Positions 1 to 9,783 of a DNA stretch of 64,000 nucleotides are shown here, one piece after another. Every line of letters begins with the position of its first letter. Position 1 is the first letter of the stretch. The notes beneath the pieces were generated by a model. That model was given only the letters and a program-made list of their open reading frames with translations, was not told where the DNA came from and did no database searches. Source of the DNA: Schmidtea polychroa. Taxonomy: Eukaryota. Where the stretch lies: contig CM097885.1 in assembly GCA_044892525.1 (NCBI GenBank), positions 13,456,001 through 13,520,000 on the forward strand, given 5' to 3'. The translations under genes and the position numbers were made by a program.

Positions 1-110
1 TTTAATATTATTTTATGTTGAAAAAAAACTAACCTTAGATGTGATTTGAACCACTAGCATTTGAACCACTGTGCCAGTCTAGCCCACTGCGCTATCGGGC
101 TTTGGATTTT
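1..110. repeat. Inner part of left terminal inverted repeat of the Polinton
   Basis: Reverse complement matches 12804-12893 apart from a 21-nt indel (~80-100) and a few substitutions. Confidence 0.9.
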
Positions 111-154
111 ATTTATAAAATTCTAAAAATTAGACTGTCACATTATGAAAATGA

Positions 155-3100
155 ATAATATATAAAATTAAAACTGGATTAATTTCTCACTTAAAATCGA
201 AAGCTCATTTATTAAAAGAAAATAATCTTAATGATACAAATTCAAAACTTTGTCCTAAATGTAAAGGAAGATTTCTACATTCTGGATATAATAAACATTT
301 TGAAAATTGTATTGGGAAAAATAGAGAAATATTTACATGTCCTCATTGTAACTTTTCAACAAAACTAAATTTCTATTATTTAGAACATATAAAAGAATGT
401 AAAAATAAAAAACAAAATTCTGACGATGAGGAATGTCATTCAGAAGGAGAACCTGATCATTTTGAAAGAGAAAAATATAACTGGGATAATTTTAATCATA
501 TAGATGAATTTCAATTAAAAATTAATGGACCTGCAACTCCTGGAGAATATATAAATAAAAATAAAAAAAATATTAAAAATTCTTTCACTGAAGCTTTAAA
601 AAATTATAAACCGACAAGGTATAATGTTATAAAATATAAAATTATAATCAAAGCAAAATACTGGCGAGGAGCAGAAGAAAAGACAACACCCTTAGATGTT
701 GAAATTGGAATACCTTTTAAATATTTATTTTCAACTAAAGGATTTGATAAAACCATCAAAGAAATAATTAAAGCAGCAGAAGCAAAACAAGAGGAAGTAG
801 AAAATGAATTAGGAGATTCAAACTTAGTATTCAACTCTTTCCAAACTTTAGTGATTGATTATTGGAGAGGATTACCACCCAATCCTAAATCTTATATTCC
901 TACACACTTTAAATCTAAAAATGTTATAAACATACAGAATAATGATAACAAATGTTTCATCTGGTCAATACTTGCACATTTACATCCTCAAGAATCAAAC
1001 CCTCAAAGAGTTTCAAAATACAAACAATATGAAAATGAATTAATATTTCCCAAAGGATTCAAACACCCAATGAAACTAGAAGACATTCCAGAATTTGAAA
1101 AATTAAATAATCTTAAAATTAATATTTATGAACGGGTTAAAGGGAAAAATATTAAAAGTAGAGAAATTATTCCAATTTACATTTCTGATAGTGGAATCGA
1201 TAACCCTAGAGAAATATATCTTTTAATCTTGGAACAACAAAATAATCAACATTATATTTTAATAAAAAACTTTCAAGCTTTTACATCACCAGAGAATCCA
1301 ACTAGTGGAGGAGGAACATGTAAAAGATGTCTTCATTATTCAACAACTAAAAACTCTATGATTAAACATACAAGATTTTGTGAAAAAGATGAACCAGCTT
1401 TAATTAACATGCCTAAAGATCCCAAGATGAATTTTAAAAACTTTTCAAATTTACTACAAACAGTAGGAGTGGTTTATGGAGACTTTGAATCTATAAATCG
1501 TAAACAAGATTTGGTTAACCAATATTTAAAAATAATAGAAAAAAATAAACTCATGGATTCATGGAACTCCTCAGGAGAGAAAATGAAACCAGAGAGGATG
1601 AAAGTCTTTCTAAGAAAAAGAAACAAACCTAATAGTGTTAAAAAAACTAAACAATTACCATCTGCTTATAAATTATTATTTAAAAGTAATTATCCTGAAC
1701 TCATAGAATCTAGAGAATATACATTTCAAGGAATTTCAGAAACAGAAGTCTTGAATCATTTTACTAAAAGTATAAATGATCTAGAACATGAAATATTTAA
1801 AGTATTAAAAACAAAATATGAAATAAACCTTTCAACCGAACAATGGGAAGAATATGAAAATTCTTCAAATTGTTGGATGTGTAAACAACCATTTGAAGAT
1901 TCTTCAGATACAGAGTCTTTAAATATAGAATCTTTGAATAATGAATCTCCGAATAATGAAACTTTTGAAGAAGAAGAACAAAGAATGTTTCATGAAAGAA
2001 TGCAATCTTCAAATATAAAAGTCCCCGATCATGATCATTTAAAAAAGGAAAATAATTATCGAGGAGCAGCTCATAAAAATTGCAATCTTAATTGTCATAC
2101 TCCTAAATTTGTACCTGTTATATTTCATAATCTTTTTGGTTATGACATAAATCTATTTATTAAACAATTAGCAGAAAATGCTAAAAACTCTTTCAAAGTT
2201 ATAGGGCTTACAAAGGAAAAATATAAATCAGTTGAATATGGAAAATTAAAATTTATAGACTCGTTAAACTTTCTCCAAATGTCTCTAGATGCAGTAGCAA
2301 AAACAATGAAACCAGAAAATTTTAAAATCACTCGAGAATTCTCGGAAAAAAATAATATTCCTCCAGAAGAATATCCTACATGCTTAGCAAAAGGAATATA
2401 TCCTTATGACTATGTTGATTCATTTGAAAAATATAATGAAACAAGTCTTCCTAGCCAAGAAGATTTCTATTCACAACTTCAAAAATATCATATTACAAAT
2501 CAAGAATATTCTCGAGCAAATAAAATGTGGGAATTATTCAAGTGTAAAACTTTAGGAGACTATACAAGTATGTATTTATCCTTGGATGTTTATATTCTAG
2601 CAGATTGCTTTGAAGAATTTACAAAATCTTTTGTTCTTAAACCTTACAATTATATAACAGCACCCTCTTTAGCTTGGGATACTTTATTATATACCATTTG
2701 GACTTCAAATATAGAAGAATCTGATAAAATTATAGATCTTTTAACTAACCTCGATATGTTTAACCAAATTAAAACTAATATTAGAGGAGGAGTCTCTTCA
2801 GTAATGGGGAATAGAGAAATAAAAGCTAGAAATGCAATAACTACTAGCAGAATGCTTTCAAAGACCTCTAATCCATATATAAAAATTAACAATGAGGAAT
2901 TGAAAGAAATATTAGAAACAATGAAAAATCCTATATTTATACTTTATATAGATGCAACAGCTTTATATTCAGGAATTATGACTCAATATTTACCGATGAG
3001 TGACTTTCATGAAATATACTCTGAAGATTCCTCAGAAGAATCCTTAAAAGACCTTATGAAAGAAATACTTTCAACTCCTAAAGATTCTCCAATAGGTTAC

Positions 3101-4558
3101 TTTGTAGAATGGGACTTATTATATCCAGATGATATAAAATCAGGAACAAGATATTTCCCTTTAGCTCCTGTAAGAAGAAAGATTGATATCAACGAACTTT
3201 CTGAATGGCAAATCTCACAAGATAAACCTCCAACAATGAAACTTCTTTGTGATCAAACAGATCGAAGGTTTTATCTTTGTCACTATAGACTCCTCCAATT
3301 TTATCTTTCACGAGGTATGATATTAAAAAAAGTTCATAGTGTCATAAGATTTAAACAAGCTCCATTCATGAAAGCTTTTATCGAGGAGAATATTAGGTGC
3401 CGAAACATTGCAAAAAGAAAAGGTAACCTTTTTAAAGATAATAATTATATACTTTTAAACAATTCAGTCTTTGGGAAAACCATGGAGAATGTTGATAAAT
3501 ATACTCATATTGAACTCCTAACTAATACTCATAAAGATATTAAGCGTTATAATCGTATGCTAGGAAAGCCTACATTTAAAAACGCACAAGTATTTTCTGA
3601 AAGTCTTACTGCAATAGAACTAAAGAATTTTGAGAAAACATACAACAAACCAATATTTATAGGGTTTTCAATTTTAGAACTTTCAAAATTACAAATGTAT
3701 GAAACATATTATAACATCTTACAACCTATATATGGTTCTAATATATCAATGCATGCAATGGATACAGATTCAATGTTTTTAACAATAAGAACTCATGATT
3801 TACAAAGAGATATAGCCGAAAATCCTATACTTTCAAATTTAATAAATTCATCTGGAGAATTATTTTCGTTTAAAGATGAAAAACCTTTTACTCCTATAGA
3901 AAATGGAATATTTATTCGTGCTAAACAATATTCATACGAAACATTTAGAAACCCTGAATTTATAACTAGATCATTTATATTTAAAACTCCAGAAACAGAA
4001 GAAACCATTACACATAGATATCCTATATTTCCTAAAGGACCAGAGGGACAAGAAGAAAAACCTGTAAAGGATAACAGATGTAAAGGAATACAGAGATCAG
4101 TTGCAAAGAATCTTTCTCATCAAGATTATATAGATACATTGAATCCAAATCATAAAGATAAAATTGATGAAATACATCAACTTAAAAGTGAAAACCATGA
4201 TATTCACTTGATAGAATCCCAAAAAGTATCATTATCAAATTATGATGATAAAAGATTCATACTAAGTGATTTAAAGACAACTCTACCTATTGGAAATAAT
4301 TTAATACCGATAATAAAAAATCTAGAAAAGTTGAATAAGTTATATGATACAAATATTACCGATCTTGATATTTATAATGTTGAAATTATTTATCCCGAGA
4401 GAGAAATCGAGAAGCCTTTATATTCTCAAGTTTTTAATCCTATATGTTTAGAACTTAAATATTTTAATACTGATTCTGAATATATAAAAGGTCTAAGTGA
4501 TAAAGAATTTAAAGATCATAAATTAATGATTCATAGGTTGGCTTTCAACCATAACTGA
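155..4558 (+). CDS. polB: Protein-primed family B DNA polymerase with N-terminal Zn-finger region and inserted EndoVII-like domain; true start uncertain
   Basis: ExoI VYGDFES, DHDH..YRGAAH..CN, ExoII FHNLFGYD, KGIYPYDY, ExoIII DVYILADCF, motif A YIDATALY, motif B NSVFGK, motif C DTDS. The frame stays open from 155, upstream of the GTG call at 851. Confidence 0.93.
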   Translation: MIYKIKTGLISHLKSKAHLLKENNLNDTNSKLCPKCKGRFLHSGYNKHFENCIGKNREIFTCPHCNFSTKLNFYYLEHIKECKNKKQNSDDEECHSEGEPDHFEREKYNWDNFNHIDEFQLKINGPATPGEYINKNKKNIKNSFTEALKNYKPTRYNVIKYKIIIKAKYWRGAEEKTTPLDVEIGIPFKYLFSTKGFDKTIKEIIKAAEAKQEEVENELGDSNLVFNSFQTLVIDYWRGLPPNPKSYIPTHFKSKNVINIQNNDNKCFIWSILAHLHPQESNPQRVSKYKQYENELIFPKGFKHPMKLEDIPEFEKLNNLKINIYERVKGKNIKSREIIPIYISDSGIDNPREIYLLILEQQNNQHYILIKNFQAFTSPENPTSGGGTCKRCLHYSTTKNSMIKHTRFCEKDEPALINMPKDPKMNFKNFSNLLQTVGVVYGDFESINRKQDLVNQYLKIIEKNKLMDSWNSSGEKMKPERMKVFLRKRNKPNSVKKTKQLPSAYKLLFKSNYPELIESREYTFQGISETEVLNHFTKSINDLEHEIFKVLKTKYEINLSTEQWEEYENSSNCWMCKQPFEDSSDTESLNIESLNNESPNNETFEEEEQRMFHERMQSSNIKVPDHDHLKKENNYRGAAHKNCNLNCHTPKFVPVIFHNLFGYDINLFIKQLAENAKNSFKVIGLTKEKYKSVEYGKLKFIDSLNFLQMSLDAVAKTMKPENFKITREFSEKNNIPPEEYPTCLAKGIYPYDYVDSFEKYNETSLPSQEDFYSQLQKYHITNQEYSRANKMWELFKCKTLGDYTSMYLSLDVYILADCFEEFTKSFVLKPYNYITAPSLAWDTLLYTIWTSNIEESDKIIDLLTNLDMFNQIKTNIRGGVSSVMGNREIKARNAITTSRMLSKTSNPYIKINNEELKEILETMKNPIFILYIDATALYSGIMTQYLPMSDFHEIYSEDSSEESLKDLMKEILSTPKDSPIGYFVEWDLLYPDDIKSGTRYFPLAPVRRKIDINELSEWQISQDKPPTMKLLCDQTDRRFYLCHYRLLQFYLSRGMILKKVHSVIRFKQAPFMKAFIEENIRCRNIAKRKGNLFKDNNYILLNNSVFGKTMENVDKYTHIELLTNTHKDIKRYNRMLGKPTFKNAQVFSESLTAIELKNFEKTYNKPIFIGFSILELSKLQMYETYYNILQPIYGSNISMHAMDTDSMFLTIRTHDLQRDIAENPILSNLINSSGELFSFKDEKPFTPIENGIFIRAKQYSYETFRNPEFITRSFIFKTPETEETITHRYPIFPKGPEGQEEKPVKDNRCKGIQRSVAKNLSHQDYIDTLNPNHKDKIDEIHQLKSENHDIHLIESQKVSLSNYDDKRFILSDLKTTLPIGNNLIPIIKNLEKLNKLYDTNITDLDIYNVEIIYPEREIEKPLYSQVFNPICLELKYFNTDSEYIKGLSDKEFKDHKLMIHRLAFNHN

Positions 4559-4652
4559 AACCAACGATATTTAATTTTTTAATAATAAAATGTCGACAAT
4601 TAATTTAAGCAACTATAGCAACTTGATCTACTTTTTTAAAAATTCATCCATT

Positions 4653-5246
4653 TTATAAGTAAGAATTCTTTAACCATTTTTCTCGTTTAATTTTTTTAGA
4701 ATATTCATTACTTATAACATTAGCACTTTTCAATCTATTAATATTATTTTTAATATCTTGTATTATTTGATTTGATTTCATTATTTCATCATCAGTTAAG
4801 ATTCCATCTTCCAAAGCTTTTAATTGAAATAAAAATAATTTAGAGATTCCTAATTCTATTGATAAACAAACTTCACGATATAAACTTTTCTTTTTTGAAG
4901 TATAAGATAGTGAAACTATTTCAGTTAGGAAACCATCAGCTACTGAAATACTTCCAAGTATTACAGGTGCAATTGTTAAAACTGGTAAAGTTATAGGTAA
5001 AATAACTGTTAATATTGCAGATGCAAATCCTAAAGAATAACCTATAACTTTTAAAACTGTATTCCCTTTATTCCATCTATTTTTAATTTTTTTATAATGC
5101 TTTAATAAATCTTGTAAATGTAAGGTTTCTGACTTAAATTCTTTTACTCTCATAATTTCAAGTTCTGTGGGAGCCGAGGCCTTGGAAGAATAATATCCTG
5201 ATGATCTCAATTCTGGATAAATTTTTTCTTCTCTTACTTCTTCCAT
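4653..5246 (-). CDS. Polinton accessory membrane protein (two hydrophobic segments, YPxL motif); probably the adintovirus GasderminX-type ORF
   Basis: 197 aa ORF with TAAAATG start context, N-terminal IYPEL and ASAP, central hydrophobic hairpin. Family label is from recall only. Confidence 0.6.
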   Translation of the reverse strand: MEEVREEKIYPELRSSGYYSSKASAPTELEIMRVKEFKSETLHLQDLLKHYKKIKNRWNKGNTVLKVIGYSLGFASAILTVILPITLPVLTIAPVILGSISVADGFLTEIVSLSYTSKKKSLYREVCLSIELGISKLFLFQLKALEDGILTDDEIMKSNQIIQDIKNNINRLKSANVISNEYSKKIKREKWLKNSYL

Positions 5247-5254
5247 TTTAATAA

Positions 5255-6238
5255 TTAAAAAAATAAGACTTTATTCTTCTGAGCACCATCTGGCACCAAT
5301 ACTCGGATATCAAAAGAAACTCTTGTTGAGAGAATATCTTTATACAATTCCATCAATGCTTTACGAACTTCATCAACATCAACCTTTTTTTCATAAAATA
5401 TTAAATCTATATAATCCACAAGTGTGCTTTTAAAAATAATATTCTTACTTTTAACTTTATGTAGTCCATGTGAATGAGTATTAACATACCAATCTCCGTG
5501 TGGTAAATCATAACTAGTCATTATAACATCACCCTTTTCAAGCTTACTATTATAATCACATTTCACAAACCATTTCATTCTTTCATTATCATCATCAAAC
5601 AAAAAGAAATAAGGATCAATAATCTTTACAACCATAAAAACACCCCATTCTTTACTGTTTGTTGTTATTAAACTTGGTTCTATAAAATGTTTATATGTAT
5701 GGGGTAATAATGTTTTATTCTGTTCTAATTCAGCAGCTCTTTTTCTAATACTATGTGTGGTGTTAATGTGTGTTCCATGAGACTCTAAATTTGAAATTCT
5801 TTTATTAAATGATGTAATCATCTCATTTATTATATTATATATTGTATTAAATTTAGTATTCATAATTTGTTTATCTTTAGAATTTAATATGCTAGTATTT
5901 AACTTTACAACTTGTTCAGTTAACAGACTTTGTAACTTGTCAAATTTATCATTAAATCGTTGTTCGATATTATTAAGCTTTGATTTTATTGAATCAATTT
6001 TTGTTGTTAATAAACTTTCAATTCTTGTTGTTGTTAAATCAGTATATTTTTTATTAACTGCATCAGAATCATCAGTTGGAAAAGATAAATCTTTTATCTT
6101 GTGTCCATTTAAAATTAAATCTCCTTTCATTGAATCACCTCTTTCATTAACATATCTCTTTTCTGTAAGAGATATAACATCTTCATCTTTTAATCCATCA
6201 TTATATAATCCAAACTTATTATAACTAGCATAATTCAT
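5255..6238 (-). CDS. Putative fibre/spike-like protein
   Basis: GDSMKGDLILNGHKIKDLSFPTDDSDAVNKKY resembles a tail-fibre/YadA-stalk motif and is followed by a long coiled coil. Start placed at AAAATG (6238) rather than the 6286 start in the ORF track. Confidence 0.55.
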   Translation of the reverse strand: MNYASYNKFGLYNDGLKDEDVISLTEKRYVNERGDSMKGDLILNGHKIKDLSFPTDDSDAVNKKYTDLTTTRIESLLTTKIDSIKSKLNNIEQRFNDKFDKLQSLLTEQVVKLNTSILNSKDKQIMNTKFNTIYNIINEMITSFNKRISNLESHGTHINTTHSIRKRAAELEQNKTLLPHTYKHFIEPSLITTNSKEWGVFMVVKIIDPYFFLFDDDNERMKWFVKCDYNSKLEKGDVIMTSYDLPHGDWYVNTHSHGLHKVKSKNIIFKSTLVDYIDLIFYEKKVDVDEVRKALMELYKDILSTRVSFDIRVLVPDGAQKNKVLFF

Positions 6239-6261
6239 TTTTATAGTAATAAACATAAAAT

Positions 6262-7095
6262 CTAGACTTTTTTCAAATGTAAACACATTGAAATATTTTC
6301 TCCATTAAAATTAATTAATTCCTCATTTTCATCAACAATTCTAAAACTAATATCCATTATATTTTTTCTGCATAAAGGTAAATAATTTGGGGGATTCATT
6401 CTTTCAACTATTTTATATCCAACTCGCACGGTATTAGAAGGAAAGGAATATAAAATATTTGCATGTTTACCATTAATGTATGATCCCATTATACAATCAC
6501 ACTCTATATTTATAGAATTTGTATTTGTTAATTGTATAATATTTTTAGATTTAATGGTTGATGGTGGATATTCTTTGACTTCAAAACCTAAAATAGTATG
6601 AAAGAAACTAGAAGTAGTAACACCAAGTCCAACATTTTTTAAAGTTGTAATACATTTTGAAGTTTGAATATCTGCTTTTATTTCTACTTCTCCATTTGTT
6701 TCTTTTAAAATTGTTTTAGCTAAATCTGTTATTTCATATGATCCTGGTTCGATTGTTATAATGGTGTATTCCTTAGAAGTAATCTTTTCATATTCACTAT
6801 TTTCCAATATACTAGGGAGAATAAATGAAACAAAAGGGGGGTTTCTATTATCACTCTTAAATATAATAAATTTATTATTATTATTATTTATATTAAAAAT
6901 AGTATTAAAACAGCTAAACCACAAGAGTCCTAATTCATAATTTAAATCTTGATCTAAATTTATTGAATCATCAAAATTTATAGTAAAATCTGATTCTTTT
7001 GAATTTATTAATAAACTTCTTGAATATTTATGTGACATTATGTTTGCTATTTTTTTTAAATAATCTTCCGGAAGGTTGCGAAGCTCCATTTTCAT
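6262..7095 (-). CDS. Minor capsid protein (penton, single jelly roll)
   Basis: Polinton penton-like pattern: DF..F...I.L, YELGL, I.PGSY, ILGF, I.IECD.I.GSY.NG, P.YLP, RIVDEN...INFNGE. Confidence 0.8.
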   Translation of the reverse strand: MKMELRNLPEDYLKKIANIMSHKYSRSLLINSKESDFTINFDDSINLDQDLNYELGLLWFSCFNTIFNINNNNNKFIIFKSDNRNPPFVSFILPSILENSEYEKITSKEYTIITIEPGSYEITDLAKTILKETNGEVEIKADIQTSKCITTLKNVGLGVTTSSFFHTILGFEVKEYPPSTIKSKNIIQLTNTNSINIECDCIMGSYINGKHANILYSFPSNTVRVGYKIVERMNPPNYLPLCRKNIMDISFRIVDENEELINFNGENISMCLHLKKV

Positions 7096-7532
7096 AGTAG
7101 AGCTTTTAAATCATTATAAATTTCTTGGATTAAGGAAGTGAAACCTTCTCCTTTAGATTTATTCAATCTATACAAAACATATAAGCTTAAAATACCACAT
7201 ATTTTAGTATTATTAGGTTGAACTTGTAAAGAATTAAAAGTGTAGTCCGAGAGATAATCTTCAACTTCTTTAGTGGGTTTAATCCCAAAAGAATCAAAGT
7301 ATATAGATTTATTATATATACAAACCCAATGAGATCCTTTCTCATTTGAATTTTGATAATTGATTATTATATTCTGGGGACTTCGTCTAAGGGGAGTACC
7401 TCCAATTTTATATAATTCATCGTTCATTATTATTTTAATTTTTAAATTTAAATAATCTGCATAATCTTTTAAATCAAAATTTGTTTTTGCATTTATTCCA
7501 AATGTTTTTAAAAAATCTAATATTGAAGCCAT
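7092..7532 (-). CDS. Adenain-like cysteine protease
   Basis: GSHWV (His), YFDSFG (Asp), QVQ...ICG (Gln/Cys) catalytic motifs. Confidence 0.9.
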   Translation of the reverse strand: MASILDFLKTFGINAKTNFDLKDYADYLNLKIKIIMNDELYKIGGTPLRRSPQNIIINYQNSNEKGSHWVCIYNKSIYFDSFGIKPTKEVEDYLSDYTFNSLQVQPNNTKICGILSLYVLYRLNKSKGEGFTSLIQEIYNDLKALL

Positions 7533-7554
7533 TTTGTATTTTATAACTTCGTAT

Positions 7555-8394
7555 TTATAACTTCGTATACTTATTAAATTTATCTTTTGAAATTATTCCT
7601 TGTTTTAACAAATCTTTAGAAATCTTTAAAATATCAGAATCTAAATTATTATGTCCTGCTTTTTTAGCTGCTAATAGTTTTCTTAATTCAATAAAAAGAT
7701 TTATAGGGTTGAGGCCTTCTCCTTCAATGTTTTGAATTTGAGGGCCTGTTTTATCTCTATCTTTATATTTCTTTAAATCTTGAATAGGTTTTGCTTTAGG
7801 GCTACCATTTATTAATTTTATTAAGTTTAAATATTTATCAATTTCTTCATTCTTGACACCATCTGGAATATATCCAGAAATTAATCCATGAAAATCATCT
7901 GAAAGTTCAATGTCAACACGCTCTCTATTCATAAAAGTATTTGTTGAAATAATCGATGGATTATTTTCTGAATTTAAATATATATAAAATTTTTGATTAT
8001 TAATTGTTATTGTTTGAAAACCTCTAGGATCATAACCTATAGTAGGTATAATTGATGGAGCTAGTGATGTATTAATTTTAAAATTAATTGGAGTCTTATG
8101 AGGTGTTAATCTTGAAAGAAATTCATCTTCTTCTAAATCAATATTATTTCTACGTTTTTTTCCTACTAATCTTATTAATTCCTTTTTAGGGGCTTCTATA
8201 GCTTTATGTTCGGGGGTTAGAGGAGCTTCTATAGTTTTAAGTGCCTCTATAGCTTTAATTGTTGGCCCCTGTTGTTGTTGGATTACCTCATTTAATATTA
8301 TAGATTCAGTTTGTTGAGTTGTATCTTTTTTATTATACTTGTTTTGTTCTGATTGTAATTTTTTTAAAAGTGCTAATCTTTCTTCATATACCAT
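7555..8394 (-). CDS. Conserved Polinton protein of unknown function (probable core protein)
   Basis: 279 aa ORF, C-terminal L..LL.AKKAGHN motif as recalled from Polinton accessory proteins, preceded by IEGEG (adenain-type site). Confidence 0.55.
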   Translation of the reverse strand: MVYEERLALLKKLQSEQNKYNKKDTTQQTESIILNEVIQQQQGPTIKAIEALKTIEAPLTPEHKAIEAPKKELIRLVGKKRRNNIDLEEDEFLSRLTPHKTPINFKINTSLAPSIIPTIGYDPRGFQTITINNQKFYIYLNSENNPSIISTNTFMNRERVDIELSDDFHGLISGYIPDGVKNEEIDKYLNLIKLINGSPKAKPIQDLKKYKDRDKTGPQIQNIEGEGLNPINLFIELRKLLAAKKAGHNNLDSDILKISKDLLKQGIISKDKFNKYTKL

Positions 8395-8416
8395 TTTAAT
8401 GGTATTAAAAATGGTA

Positions 8417-8965
8417 TCATTGTTCCTTCCAAGGTTTTAAATACAATCCTTTACCACTATTCTGTGGAGTTCCTCCAATTTTACAAATACACCCATTCTT
8501 TAAAGATTTACATATTTTTTTAAAATCATCTTTATCTTTTGATGATAAAGATTCAGATGTTGAAATTTGATTTTTTAAAAAATCATTTAAACCTCTGCCT
8601 TTATATGGATCAAGATAGAGACCTTTGCCCTGATATGGATTAAGATAGAGACCTTTTCCTTTAGCTTGCCCTACCTTCATTTTCTCGATTTCAGTTTGTA
8701 GTTTTTCTTTTTCTAAGTCTGTCTTTTGAGATTCTTTAGCTTTTTGAACTGTAGTTGCAATTCCTCCAGCTATTCCAGCAGCACCTGATAGTCCGGCAAT
8801 GATTGCAGGTATTAAAGCAGCTAATGGAAGAATGCCACCTTCTTTAATCTTCGCTCTAACTTGTTCTTTTACATGTTTTCCAATAAAATATTTTTTACCA
8901 TCAATTACTACTGATTTATTTTTATTTGAATTTATTAATTCTTGTAAAGATTCTTCAGTTGTCAT
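8417..8965 (-). CDS. Membrane-active virion core protein (adenovirus pX/pVI-like, 'cupiennin'-type)
   Basis: EGGILPLAALIPAIIAGLSGAAGIAGGIA amphipathic segment and repeated GKGLYLxP units. Confidence 0.65.
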   Translation of the reverse strand: MTTEESLQELINSNKNKSVVIDGKKYFIGKHVKEQVRAKIKEGGILPLAALIPAIIAGLSGAAGIAGGIATTVQKAKESQKTDLEKEKLQTEIEKMKVGQAKGKGLYLNPYQGKGLYLDPYKGRGLNDFLKNQISTSESLSSKDKDDFKKICKSLKNGCICKIGGTPQNSGKGLYLKPWKEQ

Positions 8966-8980
8966 TTTAAAATAAATAAA

Positions 8981-9772
8981 ATGGATATTTGGAAACCAAT
9001 TTTAAATAGACATAAGAGTAAATTTAATAATAAAGTATTTCCTGATAATTTTAGATTATTAATTGTTGGTTCTTCTGGATGTGGAAAGAATATACTTCTT
9101 TTGAGAATGTTACTTGAAGATGATTTTTTAGATTATAATAATTTAATCTTTTATTCTACAACCATAAATCAACCAGAATTACAACTTTTGAAATGTGGAT
9201 TTGAAAATAAATTAACTAAAAAAGCAATAATTGATATTTTTAAAAATCAACATAGATGTCCTGAAGAAGTTTTTCATCCTTGTGATATGGTTGATTGGTA
9301 TAAGGAAAAGATTTTAGAATCAGATATTAGTAATAAAAATGATTATATTTGTGAAGAAGGGCAGGAGGCAATTCAAGTTTTATTCTCTAATAAACCTGAA
9401 GATGTTTTACATTGTGATTTACTTCCTAAAGATAAAAAGAATCTAGTTATATTTGATGATGTTGTCAACATGAAAAATCAAGAGATCCAAAAGAGTTACT
9501 TTACAAGAGGAAGACATAATAATTGTAATGTTATTTATATATCTCAAACATATTATGCTTTAGATAAAAATTCAATAAGAAATAATTCCAATTGTTTTAT
9601 ATTTTTTAAATTAGATCGCCGTGATAAGAATATGATTTATAATGATTTATTTTCAAATGTTGAACCTGATAAGAATATGTTTGATATGTTTGTTGATAAT
9701 CATTGGAGAGAAAAATATAATTATATTTATTTGGATAGAGAAGAAGCTGAAATATGGAAAAGTTTATTTTAA
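8981..9772 (+). CDS. FtsK/HerA-family (A32-like) genome packaging ATPase
   Basis: Walker A GSSGCGKN, Walker B LVIFDD, RGRH arginine finger, YISQ sensor. Confidence 0.9.
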   Translation: MDIWKPILNRHKSKFNNKVFPDNFRLLIVGSSGCGKNILLLRMLLEDDFLDYNNLIFYSTTINQPELQLLKCGFENKLTKKAIIDIFKNQHRCPEEVFHPCDMVDWYKEKILESDISNKNDYICEEGQEAIQVLFSNKPEDVLHCDLLPKDKKNLVIFDDVVNMKNQEIQKSYFTRGRHNNCNVIYISQTYYALDKNSIRNNSNCFIFFKLDRRDKNMIYNDLFSNVEPDKNMFDMFVDNHWREKYNYIYLDREEAEIWKSLF

Positions 9773-9783
9773 GGCTTGTCGAT

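Noticed and set aside
7543..7569. Exact loxP half-site ATAACTTCGTATA
   Set aside because: It is part of a 14-bp direct tandem duplication at an ORF end, with no inverted partner or 8-bp spacer; most likely coincidence.
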